Origin: an archaeon
Lineage (GTDB): Archaea; B1Sed10-29; JAJSAI01
Assembly (NCBI GenBank): GCA_024274695.1
Contig: JAJSAI010000025.1
Location: 1-45,488, forward strand
DNA length: 45,488 nucleotides
Reading direction: 5' to 3'
Shown here one piece after another: positions 27,093-35,835 of this stretch. Below the pieces are notes generated by a model that saw only the letters and a list, made by a program, of their open reading frames with translations, made no database searches and was not told where the DNA came from. How positions within the stretch are numbered: the first letter of the stretch is position 1; the number at the start of each line of letters is the position of its first letter. The translations under genes were made by a program, and so were the position numbers.

Positions 27093-27512
27093 TTATTCTA
27101 TTTTTATTAGGTGTCCTCCGGATTCCTTCTTTTTCTTAGGGAGCCGTATTTCCAGCACCCCGTTCTTCAGAGTGCTCTTGGCCCTCCTGCAGTCAACTTC
27201 AACAGGAAGAGAGATTCCCCTCTTGAAGGAAGACGCGGTCCTCTCAGAGTAATAGTAATTCTCCTTCCTCTTCGTCTTCTTCTCCGAAACCTTGGCGCTT
27301 ATCTCAATATAGTCCCCCATGCACCTTATCTTGACATCCTCCTTTTTTACACCCGGAAGGTCCATTGTTATGACTATCTCTTTTCCGTTGTCAAACATAT
27401 CCATCGCGGGTATGGAAACAGTGCCTGAGACAGAAGATGCCATCCTCTTGTACGAGGAAAACAGCCTGTTCAAGTCCCTCTGTATCTCCTCAAAAGGATC
27501 CCAGTACATCAT
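27093..27512 (-). CDS. Small heat shock protein (Hsp20/alpha-crystallin)
   Basis: WDPFEEI, MDLPGVKKED, ER..SFKRGISLP..VD, KNGVLEIRLPK, IKIE; GGAGGTGA SD. Confidence 0.95.
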   Translation of the reverse strand: MMYWDPFEEIQRDLNRLFSSYKRMASSVSGTVSIPAMDMFDNGKEIVITMDLPGVKKEDVKIRCMGDYIEISAKVSEKKTKRKENYYYSERTASSFKRGISLPVEVDCRRAKSTLKNGVLEIRLPKKKKESGGHLIKIE

Positions 27513-27574
27513 GATCACCTCCAAAAATTGAGAAGGATTAGGTATAATAAAAGCGTTTGCTCTAACAGTGATTG

Positions 27575-28588
27575 ATGGCTCGTGGAAAAAAGTGCAGGGC
27601 TCTCGCGGAAAGCCTGAAACGGAAGAAAGAACGGCTTAAAAGGAGAGTGGTCCTCATAAGAGAAAAATGGAACAAGGCCAGTCCGGACTCAGGATTTCTC
27701 GTGATAAACAAGAAGTACGAACCATACTTTTCCTCAGGGGCCTGGAAACTCCCTCATGCCTTAACCAAGGTGGAAGAAGGGACCCGGCTGAAGGAGAAAA
27801 GCACTCACGGGGTATTCCCAACCTATGCGATGAAACCCCTGAAACAAGAACAGGAAGAGGCAGACTACACCCGGGGCCAAGGAGTTATAGGCGCTCCCCT
27901 TGTAGTAAAGCCTTACTCTTTCAAGGACCCTCGCGCCCAGAAGATAAGAACAGAATTCGAGAACACCCTTAAAGCCTACGAGAAGGGAATAAGCACAGTA
28001 GAACCTGTAGCAGTATACGTAGACCCCAAAACCAGGACAGGTTACCTGTACACCCTCGCTAAACCCGCAGGAGTTCCCCTGTCCAAGATAAGGTATAACA
28101 GGATGTCAGAGAAAAAGAGAAAAACGATACTATCTGAGACCGCCAAGCAGATGAAATCCTGGCATGACAAGGGATTCCTGCACAATGACGCGAAACTAAA
28201 GAACTTCTTGTATGATAATATCGAGAGCAAGCTCAAACTTCATCTTAACGAGCTCGCAAAAAAAGACCGTGAAGCCCTTCAGCTTAGGATAGGAGAACAA
28301 GAGGTCCGGCCAAAGGGCAAGGCAAAAGTCCGGATAGAGCCTGTAGACCTGGAGAACGCAAAGTTCCTGACCAAAAGCGCGAGCCCGAGGGACAGAGGGT
28401 TTGATCTTGCCATGTTCCTCGGGGACGCGGTGTATCACGGGCTTGTCAAGAACGAACAGGATCTGAGACTGTTCCTGGAAAGCTATGACCCTGGAAACTC
28501 GGAATTCTGGATTCAGGAACTCAAGCACAGAATAAAAGAGCACAAGAAGGATCCTGTGATCCAAAACCTTAGAAAAGTGCTGAAATAA
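27575..28588 (+). CDS. Kdo/WaaP/Bud32-like kinase-fold protein with basic N-terminus
   Basis: VVKP, helix-C TEFEN, GISTVEPVAVY, WHDKGFLHNDAKLKNFL, VDLENA, FDLAMF. Confidence 0.75.
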   Translation: MARGKKCRALAESLKRKKERLKRRVVLIREKWNKASPDSGFLVINKKYEPYFSSGAWKLPHALTKVEEGTRLKEKSTHGVFPTYAMKPLKQEQEEADYTRGQGVIGAPLVVKPYSFKDPRAQKIRTEFENTLKAYEKGISTVEPVAVYVDPKTRTGYLYTLAKPAGVPLSKIRYNRMSEKKRKTILSETAKQMKSWHDKGFLHNDAKLKNFLYDNIESKLKLHLNELAKKDREALQLRIGEQEVRPKGKAKVRIEPVDLENAKFLTKSASPRDRGFDLAMFLGDAVYHGLVKNEQDLRLFLESYDPGNSEFWIQELKHRIKEHKKDPVIQNLRKVLK

Positions 28589-28630
28589 CAATCTTAAAAT
28601 TTTATAAATATATCTTCTTTTGTTTTCCTT

Positions 28631-29758
28631 ATGAAATCAGCTTTGGCTATGTTCATCGTACTTTTAGTAATAATCCCTCCTGCTCTCTCGGACGGGTTTG
28701 GGTACAGTACATTAACAAGAGAAGTTCTTCCTATGAAACAGACTTCCCAGGTAGCATTCATAGACTGGAATGAAAAAGAGTATACGCTGGATCTGTACGT
28801 GACAATAGGCCCCAGCGAAGGCGAGTTCTATTGGATCATCCCCTTTGACAGGATCCCTGAAGAAGTGTCCGTGAGCAAGTACTCCTCTTCTGACTATCAG
28901 CAGAGGATAGACTGGTACAGGAACAGGGTATGGAAAGTTAAAAACTCAGAATACCTGGTTGATGACGCGTTCAACAAGCAAAAGTTTGTGATCCTGGCGA
29001 ATCCCGTCCTGGTCCCACTCATGGCCCTATACCCTCTAGGGCAATTGAGCGGCCTGGTAGGAATCAACATCGGCGGGGGCTGGAAAACCACCACCTCCAA
29101 AACAGTCAAACCTCTGAAATCATTTTCTCTGGGAGAATTCGGGACAGCGGAAGTGTACGATTCCAAAGGAATGAGTCTGGACCAGTTCTTCGAAGAAAAG
29201 GGGCTACCTATACCAAAGGAGCTGGAGAAGTACTCTAACAAAAAGATCGTGGTTTTCAGGCTGAACAAACTTGACAGCCCCACGAACTTGCTCGTGTCAT
29301 TCAAGTTCAAGAGCAACGGAAGCCTGTTCTATCCTTCCAGCACCACGAGCTTGTGGTCTGACTACGAACAAGAAGACTTCGTAGTGTACATCCTACTCCC
29401 AAGGGACTTTTCAGTAAGCAATGCCAGCGTACGCCCCTCAGGAGAGGTGACTGGTCCGGAACACACTTACGTTTACTATTACGGAAGTAACAAAGTGTTC
29501 AATAATGACATCAGACTGGAACTGGAAAAGGAAAACAAGCCATTCCGACTCTCTACCTGGATTAACCTGTACATTCCCCTGGACTGGGTTACCACAATAC
29601 TCATGGCATGCATAATGTGGCTTTCACCTTACTGGATTCTCAAAAAAATGGGAGCGTGGTCTGGGCTTAGCATTGAAATGTTTTTGAGATATTGCGTTTA
29701 TGCACTCATGATAGGCCTTTTCATATGGCCGTTCATGCTCATCTTGTGTATGGTGTAA
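28631..29758 (+). CDS. Secreted/membrane protein, DUF2330-like
   Basis: Signal peptide; QVAFIDW..TLDL....GEFYWIIPF pattern; C-terminal TM helices. Confidence 0.6.
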   Translation: MKSALAMFIVLLVIIPPALSDGFGYSTLTREVLPMKQTSQVAFIDWNEKEYTLDLYVTIGPSEGEFYWIIPFDRIPEEVSVSKYSSSDYQQRIDWYRNRVWKVKNSEYLVDDAFNKQKFVILANPVLVPLMALYPLGQLSGLVGINIGGGWKTTTSKTVKPLKSFSLGEFGTAEVYDSKGMSLDQFFEEKGLPIPKELEKYSNKKIVVFRLNKLDSPTNLLVSFKFKSNGSLFYPSSTTSLWSDYEQEDFVVYILLPRDFSVSNASVRPSGEVTGPEHTYVYYYGSNKVFNNDIRLELEKENKPFRLSTWINLYIPLDWVTTILMACIMWLSPYWILKKMGAWSGLSIEMFLRYCVYALMIGLFIWPFMLILCMV

Positions 29759-29759
29759 G

Positions 29760-30611
29760 GTGGGAAGGATGGAGAAAGAAAAGTGGATCATGCTCGAGCT
29801 CGTGATCGTAACAGCCATAAGTGTCCTCTTTGTTGTTGCCATTTCATCCCTAAAAGGCTCCACAGGATTTCTTGGCGTTATCCTGCCCTGGCTGGTGGTA
29901 CTCTCTGCTGTCCTCCTGCCTTTCTCGATGCAAGGGGATAACAAAAGAACAAGATTGCTCGCAGCAGCAATATTTATGGTTGGGGCTGCAGGAATCGTGT
30001 GGCAGATCAGACTGCTAATATTCCTCGGCGCAGGATACCTTTTGATAGGGATGGCAGCAAGTATATTGTACCTAACTCCTTTCATTGTGAGAAAGCTTTC
30101 TCCTGCGCGTGATCCTATCATGAACTGGTACAAGAACCTGCCCGAAAAAAAGAAACTGAAAGTTGCTCTTGGGATAATAATACTCGCGTTGGTGTGGGTT
30201 TTGGCCATTTTCTGGATGGCTAACCTAAGCCACACAGAATGGAAGCCACGGACGGTTAATGTTATCGTAGGCCCCTTTAGGACAACGATGCTAAACACAT
30301 TAATGAAAGCTCGTGCGTATCCTGGAACGATATTCTCTCGTGCCGAAACACCCTTTCAGTTCAATGCACTAGAAGAAATCTCTGGAGAGGAATTTAAAGA
30401 AACCGGAACGCCGGTTTACTTTGCTTGCTCTGAAGACCTGCAAACTGAAGGCATGTGTAGCATAGAAGGAGAAAACGAGAGCATCCCCTCTGGCTTTGGA
30501 ACAGAATTAAACGTGAAGGAGACCTTCGAAGAGAAAGTGTATGCCATGTGCACCAAGGAGTACTGTTGTGTGAGCGTAGGAGATGTAGAACTGCTGAAAG
30601 AATGTGAGTAA
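29760..30611 (+). CDS. Multi-pass membrane protein with Cys-rich C-terminal domain
   Basis: About five TM segments, then a soluble domain with six Cys; stop abuts the CCA end of tRNA-Thr. Confidence 0.65.
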   Translation: MGRMEKEKWIMLELVIVTAISVLFVVAISSLKGSTGFLGVILPWLVVLSAVLLPFSMQGDNKRTRLLAAAIFMVGAAGIVWQIRLLIFLGAGYLLIGMAASILYLTPFIVRKLSPARDPIMNWYKNLPEKKKLKVALGIIILALVWVLAIFWMANLSHTEWKPRTVNVIVGPFRTTMLNTLMKARAYPGTIFSRAETPFQFNALEEISGEEFKETGTPVYFACSEDLQTEGMCSIEGENESIPSGFGTELNVKETFEEKVYAMCTKEYCCVSVGDVELLKECE

Positions 30612-30687
30612 TGGAGCCTCGGGTGGGATTCGAACCCACGGCCTGCGGTTTACGAGACCGCCGCTCCACCAGCTGAGCTACCGAGGC
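30612..30687 (-). tRNA. tRNA-Thr (CGT), CCA encoded
   Basis: Minus strand reads GCCTCGGTAGCTCAGCTGGTGGAGCGGCGGTCT-CGT-AAACCGCAGGCCGTGGGTTCGAATCCCACCCGAGGCTCCA; full cloverleaf. Confidence 0.96.
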
Positions 30688-31139
30688 TTTCGGCCGCAGA
30701 TCTGATCTTCTTTTAGGAACAAAAAGAATTTTAATGCTTCCTTTTGATCATCGTACGTGAGCCGTTTAAGAGCTTCTTCTGGGCTCACCCAAGCGTAACC
30801 AGAGTGCTCTCTCTCGTCTATCCTGACAGGGCTCCCGTCGTGCTCTACAGAGTAAAGCATTAGCCTGACACCTTCCCACGTGTCACCGTCCTTCGGAAGG
30901 GGCCTTGACCACTTGTACTGGAGGATATAGTCCAGCTTCTCGTACTTGGGGTTCTCTATGCCCACTTCTTCCCTAAGTTCCCTGAGCAGGCAGTCCTCCT
31001 CTGTTTCCCCAGGAAGCATTCCTCCCTTTGGGAGCTCCCAGCCTACCCAGTTCAAGTGCCTGTGCAGCAGGAGCACCTCCATTCCATCCTTTTTCTTGCG
31101 CCACACGACAGCACAGACTCCTGGACGGTACTTGACCAT
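30678..31139 (-). CDS. NUDIX hydrolase (Ap4A-hydrolase-like)
   Basis: Nudix box WELPKGGMLPGETEEDCLLRELREEVG; EHSGYAW. Confidence 0.92.
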   Translation of the reverse strand: MVKYRPGVCAVVWRKKKDGMEVLLLHRHLNWVGWELPKGGMLPGETEEDCLLRELREEVGIENPKYEKLDYILQYKWSRPLPKDGDTWEGVRLMLYSVEHDGSPVRIDEREHSGYAWVSPEEALKRLTYDDQKEALKFFLFLKEDQICGRKPR

Positions 31140-31206
31140 ACCAAAACCCCCTCATCCCGAACAAACTGGAGAGTTTAATAAGCATTCCCTCTTTTATTAT
31201 GATGGG

Positions 31207-32070
31207 ATGGCGAAGATAAAAAAGAGGAAGATAGGCAGCTGGTACGAGACAGAAGTGTCAGGGAACAAGGTGCTGAAAAGGCTTAAAGAGAGTGTGCTGG
31301 CGGACTACAACAGACGACTGGAAAGGATTCTAGAGTGGGAAAAAGAGGAAATTCTGAGAGAGTTCAGAAAGCATTTTAAGAGAAAACCAAGGTATTCTGT
31401 CAAGATATCAAAAGACGGGAAGGTCATCGTGAAAACGAATCTGCCGGACAAGGAAGAGAAGATCCTGAAAGACATAATAAAGAGCAGGATAGAAAAGGCC
31501 ATGAGCATCATCCCCGAAGTGAACAAGGTGGTGTACGAAAGCGTTAAAAAGGCCCTTCCTGAGAACGTTCCGAAGAGGTTCGCGCCTGAAAAGATTGATG
31601 AGGTCTACGAGTACGGCGGGCGGACGCTGTACACCCTGCACAGGGACGCGCCCATAAAAGAGGTGCAACAGGATTACTCCAGGATACTGGACCTTTCCTT
31701 CAAGGCGTTCAAGAAGGGAGTTATCCTTGACACTCATTCTGGAAACTGGACAAAAACAAAGGACGGAAGGATATTGTACGTGGATTTTGAACCTCACTCC
31801 GTGACACTGGCGAGAGGACTGTTCCACGAGAGGATCCCCCAGCAGGATCTTGCCCTGAAAAGGTTTGTGGACTCTCTGGAGGAGATGATCTACTTCGCCG
31901 CGCTAGAGCGCCAGGGAAAAGAAAGCGAGAGGATGATCAACCACCTGCTCAAGGAGATACGCGAGAAAGCATACTCCGAACTGCCCGCCGAACAGGCAGA
32001 CAGGCTGGTTAACGATGTCCAAACATTCGTCGGCAGGCTCAAGGCAAGAAGAAAGTTAAGGGGGTCTTAA
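31207..32070 (+). CDS. Divergent protein-kinase-like protein with basic N-terminus
   Basis: Real start ATG 31207 (MAKIKKRK); KIGSWYETEV..KVLK N-lobe-like, GVILDTHSGNW catalytic loop, ILYVDFE. Confidence 0.65.
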   Translation: MAKIKKRKIGSWYETEVSGNKVLKRLKESVLADYNRRLERILEWEKEEILREFRKHFKRKPRYSVKISKDGKVIVKTNLPDKEEKILKDIIKSRIEKAMSIIPEVNKVVYESVKKALPENVPKRFAPEKIDEVYEYGGRTLYTLHRDAPIKEVQQDYSRILDLSFKAFKKGVILDTHSGNWTKTKDGRILYVDFEPHSVTLARGLFHERIPQQDLALKRFVDSLEEMIYFAALERQGKESERMINHLLKEIREKAYSELPAEQADRLVNDVQTFVGRLKARRKLRGS

Positions 32071-32544
32071 CCACACCACCACAAGCCCTAGTACAAGGAA
32101 CCCGCTAACGTACAATGCCTTCGTCCACCCGAAAGAGAGGTGGTGGAACAGCAAGGCGAACGCTGCAAAGAACATCAGGAGAGTGACAGAGTACTCCAGC
32201 ATACCCCCCGTTTTCATCTTTCCGGCCTGGAGTTTTTTCTTTCCCGGCCAGAGCAGATGCACGCCCTCAGGAGTAAGCGCGTCTCCCAGCACGTGCGTGG
32301 CAAACCCTATTAGGAACAACTGCGCCGGAAGAGTGCCGAGGTTGTCCGCGATCAGGAGGCCCATTATTACCGCGAACCATATGTTATGGAAGAGCTTCCT
32401 GTGCAGCCCTTTCATGGGAAGATCGAAATCAGGGAGCATGGCGCCCAGGAGCACGAAAAGATAATAGGATAGAGGTATCGGCTGGAACGCCAGGGCTAAA
32501 GAGAACGCGAACAAACTGAGCGAAAGATGGCCTGCTCTGTTCAT
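32056..32544 (-). CDS. YdjM/DUF457-like membrane-bound metal-dependent hydrolase
   Basis: GH, GAMLPDFD, HRKLFHN, THVLGDALTPEGVHLLWP. Confidence 0.9.
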   Translation of the reverse strand: MNRAGHLSLSLFAFSLALAFQPIPLSYYLFVLLGAMLPDFDLPMKGLHRKLFHNIWFAVIMGLLIADNLGTLPAQLFLIGFATHVLGDALTPEGVHLLWPGKKKLQAGKMKTGGMLEYSVTLLMFFAAFALLFHHLSFGWTKALYVSGFLVLGLVVVWLRPP

Positions 32545-32619
32545 GCTCTCCCCCGTGTTTTCTTAAGGCAGCAAAACCAATAAAAAGCATTCAGTGAGAA
32601 AAAGAGGATGGTGGGATTC

Positions 32620-33300
32620 ATGGTGAAGATAGTGTTCTTGGGAGCTCCTGGTTCTGGGAAGGGAACCTACTCTGAAAGAATAAGCCCGAAACTGGGCGTC
32701 CCTCACATCAGCACAGGAGACATTTTCAGGGAGGCGGTCGCCAAAGGAACGGAACTTGGGAAGAAGGTGAAAGAGTACCTGGAATCAGGCTCGCTCGTTC
32801 CTGACGAGATCACGATCCAGGTGCTGAAAGAGAGGATATCCCAGCCCGACTGCGAGAAGGGATTCATACTGGACGGATTCCCGAGAACGCTCGAACAGGC
32901 CAAGGCACTTGACCAGATAACAGACATAGACATAGTTATCCTCTTGAACCTGCCTGAGGAACTGATAGTCAAGAAACTTGCAGGAAGGAGGGTGTGCGAG
33001 AAGTGCGGGAAGATCTACAACGTTGCAGACATATCCTACGGGAAACTGAGGCTGCCGCCCATGCTCCCTAAGAATCCTGAGGGCGTATGCGACGAGTGCG
33101 GCGGCAGGCTGGTCCAGAGAGAAGATGATAAAGAAGAAGTGATCAGGGAGAGGCTGAAAGTGTACCACGAGCTGACAGAACCCATAATAGAATACTACAA
33201 GAACCAGGGCAAGCTCGTCACCGTGGAAGTTGACGCTCCAGCGGACGAGATGGCCGAAAAAATCCTGAAGATTATTAGGGAAAAGACAGGGAAGGAATGA
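32620..33300 (+). CDS. adk: Adenylate kinase (long, Zn-lid type)
   Basis: [28 protein letters not shown], lid CEKC..CDEC, QREDD. Confidence 0.96.
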   Translation: MVKIVFLGAPGSGKGTYSERISPKLGVPHISTGDIFREAVAKGTELGKKVKEYLESGSLVPDEITIQVLKERISQPDCEKGFILDGFPRTLEQAKALDQITDIDIVILLNLPEELIVKKLAGRRVCEKCGKIYNVADISYGKLRLPPMLPKNPEGVCDECGGRLVQREDDKEEVIRERLKVYHELTEPIIEYYKNQGKLVTVEVDAPADEMAEKILKIIREKTGKE

Positions 33301-33362
33301 GAAACGGTTATAAACACCTTAAGATAAAAAAGAACAAGAACGGGGAAAAAGGAGGCCTTAAC

Positions 33363-34490
33363 TTGAAGTCCATGATCACCGCGTCACTCAAAAAGGCTAA
33401 AAAGAAGCCCAAGCAGGCTGGCACTAAAAAGACTGGCAAGAGCCAGCACATTGAAGGGATAACAGACGAAGAACTTGAAAAGACCCTGCGGGAAAGCTCT
33501 GCCAGGATAAAGGTCGTCGGAACCGGAGGGTCGGGGAACAACACCATCGCGAGAATGAACGAGATCGGAATCTACGGGGCTGAACTCATAGCAGTCAACA
33601 CTGACGCGCAACACCTGCTGAACACCCCCGCAGACAAGAAGGTGCTCATAGGAAAAAAGCTCACCAACGGGCTTGGGGCAGGATCCAACCCTGAAATAGG
33701 AGAGGCTGCCGCAAAGGAGTCAAAGGCAGAGCTTGAAAAGGTGCTCAAAGGAAGCAACCTGGTGTTCATAACCTGCGGTCTCGGAGGAGGGACAGGAACA
33801 GGCTCTGCCCCCATAATCGCGCAGGTCGCGAAGGAGCTTAACGCCCTAACAATAGGGATCGTCACCCTCCCGTTCTCGGTGGAAGGCAGGAAAAGGCTTG
33901 AGAACGCTATCGGAGGGCTGAAAAAGCTCAAGAAGGCCTGTGATACAGTCATAGTCATACCTAACGACAAGCTTCTGGAGATAGTGCCGGAACTGCCCCT
34001 AAACGCGGCGTTCAAGGTGGCTGATGAAGTGCTCACCAACGCTGTGAAAGGCATTGCAGAGATGATAACCAAGCCAGGCCTCGTGAACCTTGACTTTGCC
34101 GACGTGAAAACAATACTCGAGAACGGCGGCGCGGCAATGATCGGCCTAGGAGAGTCCAGTGCAGACTCCAGCTCAGAAACAAGGGCTCTCGAGGCCATAG
34201 AAGAAGCGCTCAATTCCCCGCTTCTGGACGTTGACATATCCGAAGCGGACAGGGCACTCATCAATGTGGTGGGAAGCCCGGACATGACCCTAAAAGAGGC
34301 TGAGATAATCTGCGAGGCCGTAGCTAGCAAGATTCACTCTAACGCGCACATAATCTGGGGAGCGATGATATCAGAGGACATGCCCAGGAACACCATAAGA
34401 GCAATGATAGTGATCGCAGGAGGCAAGGTACCATACTTTGACATAGAACCAGGAGCAGGCCCCGACCTGGACATAGAGTACGTAAAGTAA
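33363..34490 (+). CDS. ftsZ: Cell division protein FtsZ
   Basis: [31 protein letters not shown]; TTG start 7 nt after GGAGG; ftsZ-secE-spt5 synteny. Confidence 0.96.
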   Translation: MKSMITASLKKAKKKPKQAGTKKTGKSQHIEGITDEELEKTLRESSARIKVVGTGGSGNNTIARMNEIGIYGAELIAVNTDAQHLLNTPADKKVLIGKKLTNGLGAGSNPEIGEAAAKESKAELEKVLKGSNLVFITCGLGGGTGTGSAPIIAQVAKELNALTIGIVTLPFSVEGRKRLENAIGGLKKLKKACDTVIVIPNDKLLEIVPELPLNAAFKVADEVLTNAVKGIAEMITKPGLVNLDFADVKTILENGGAAMIGLGESSADSSSETRALEAIEEALNSPLLDVDISEADRALINVVGSPDMTLKEAEIICEAVASKIHSNAHIIWGAMISEDMPRNTIRAMIVIAGGKVPYFDIEPGAGPDLDIEYVK

Positions 34491-34505
34491 AAAAAGGGAT
34501 GAGCG

Positions 34506-34676
34506 ATGAGACTGAAAACGTTCTTAGACAACGCTATCAGGATTCTCAAACTGGCAAGAAAACCCACTAAAGAAGAGTTCAAACTAGTAGCCAAGATAAC
34601 AGGGCTGGGAATACTGCTCATAGGGGCAGTAGGGTTCATGGTGCTCGCCATAAAACACATTTTCCCATCAATATGA
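34506..34676 (+). CDS. secE: Protein translocase SecE/Sec61-gamma (56 aa, below ORF-track cutoff)
   Basis: Translated by hand: MRLKTFLDNAIRILKLARKPTKEEFKLVAKITGLGILLIGAVGFMVLAIKHIFPSI; KPxxEEF motif plus TM helix; lies between ftsZ and spt5. Confidence 0.95.
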   Translation: MRLKTFLDNAIRILKLARKPTKEEFKLVAKITGLGILLIGAVGFMVLAIKHIFPSI

Positions 34677-34694
34677 ACAGGACGGTGGAAGGTA

Positions 34695-35132
34695 ATGGCT
34701 TTGTACGCTGTCAGGACCACTATAGGCCAAGAGAAGACAGTAGCCGAGTCCCTGAAAACAAAGCAGAAAAAGCACGGGGAGGACATATACTCAATAGTGT
34801 ACATTGACTCCTTCAGAGGGTACCTGCTCATAGAAGCTGAAAGCGAGGAAGAAGTCAAGAAGGTTTCGTACGGAGTACCCCACGTCAAGGGTGTTGTGAA
34901 AGGAGAGATGGACTACTCCGAAGTAGAGAAGTTCCTGGAACAGAAGCCGCTAATAGAGGGAATAAGCAGGGGAGACATCGTCGAAATCACCAGCGGAGCG
35001 TTCAAAGGAGAAAAGGCAAGGGTTATAAGAGTAGACGAGAGCAAAGAAAAGGTTACCGTGGAGGTCATAGAAGCCACGGTGCCAATCCCGATAACAGTGA
35101 ACGCGTCGGCAGTAAGAAAGACAACACTATAA
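34695..35132 (+). CDS. spt5: Transcription elongation factor Spt5/NusG
   Basis: YAVRTTIGQE, RGYLLIE, KOW GDIVEITSGAFKGEKARV. Confidence 0.96.
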   Translation: MALYAVRTTIGQEKTVAESLKTKQKKHGEDIYSIVYIDSFRGYLLIEAESEEEVKKVSYGVPHVKGVVKGEMDYSEVEKFLEQKPLIEGISRGDIVEITSGAFKGEKARVIRVDESKEKVTVEVIEATVPIPITVNASAVRKTTL

Positions 35133-35146
35133 AAAGGTGGTATGAT

Positions 35147-35740
35147 ATGGCTGAAAAAAGGATCAGCGCACTAGTAGAAGGAGGGAAAGCAACCGCAGGA
35201 CCACCGATAGGACCTGCACTAGGACCCCTTGGAATAAACGCGGGTAAAGTAGTTGCTGAGATAAACGAGAAAACCAAGGAGTTCGCGGGAATGACAGTCC
35301 CGGTAACAATCATAGTAGACACTGACACTAAAGAGTACAGGATAGAGATCGGAACACCTCCCACTTCAGCGCTCATAAAAAAGGTCATAGGAGTAGAGAA
35401 GGGATCTGGAAACCCCAAGGAAGTCAAGATAGCTGACCTGCTAATAGACGAGGTCATCCAGATAGCAAAGTCAAAACAGGAAGCATCACACGGCAAGGAC
35501 CTAAGGGCTATAGTAAACGAGGTTCTTGGAACCTGCCTGAGCATGGGAGTGACGGTAGAAGGGAAAGACCCCAGAGAAGTACAGAAAGAAGTAAAGGAAG
35601 GCAAGTACGACGAAAAAATAAAAGGAATCACACCACTGAAAGAACTTTCTCCAGAAGAAAGACAGAAAAGAGCCCAAAGAGCAAAACAGCTTACAGAAAA
35701 GAAAGAAGAAACAACCGGTAAGGGCAAGAAGAAAAAGTGA
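35147..35740 (+). CDS. rpl11: 50S ribosomal protein uL11 with basic C-terminal extension
   Basis: VEGGKATAGPPIGPALGPLG, PPTSALIKK, GTCLSMGVTVEG. Confidence 0.96.
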   Translation: MAEKRISALVEGGKATAGPPIGPALGPLGINAGKVVAEINEKTKEFAGMTVPVTIIVDTDTKEYRIEIGTPPTSALIKKVIGVEKGSGNPKEVKIADLLIDEVIQIAKSKQEASHGKDLRAIVNEVLGTCLSMGVTVEGKDPREVQKEVKEGKYDEKIKGITPLKELSPEERQKRAQRAKQLTEKKEETTGKGKKKK

Positions 35741-35790
35741 CCCTTACCAAAACCTTTATATACCCAAACAAGAGATAAGATTAAAAGCGT

Positions 35791-35828
35791 CTCCCGCAAG
35801 CACTATCCCTTTTGGGGATAGGAGGGGC
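35791..35828 (+). promoter_or_regulatory. Putative L1-binding autoregulatory hairpin in the rpl1 leader
   Basis: CCC-GCAAGCA-CTATCCC(TTTTG)GGGATAG-GA-GGG structure covers the SD; own TATA box (TTTATATA near 35755) upstream. Confidence 0.55.
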
Positions 35829-35835
35829 ATTCTAA

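Noticed and set aside
27575-28588. Calling this kinase the KEOPS subunit Bud32 because cgi121 is in the window
   Set aside because: It lacks the Bud32-type HGDLTTSN and K.R..K.YR motifs, is much longer and is not linked to cgi121.
28589-30687. Integrated element at tRNA-Thr (and likewise at tRNA-Asn)
   Set aside because: Neighbouring genes look accessory, but I found no integrase and no duplicated tRNA 3' end by eye; an exact-match search would be needed to exclude short att sites.
30946-31206. N-terminal extension of the 374-aa ORF
   Set aside because: Antisense to the NUDIX gene and Ser-rich; the promoter and ATG at 31207 mark the real start.
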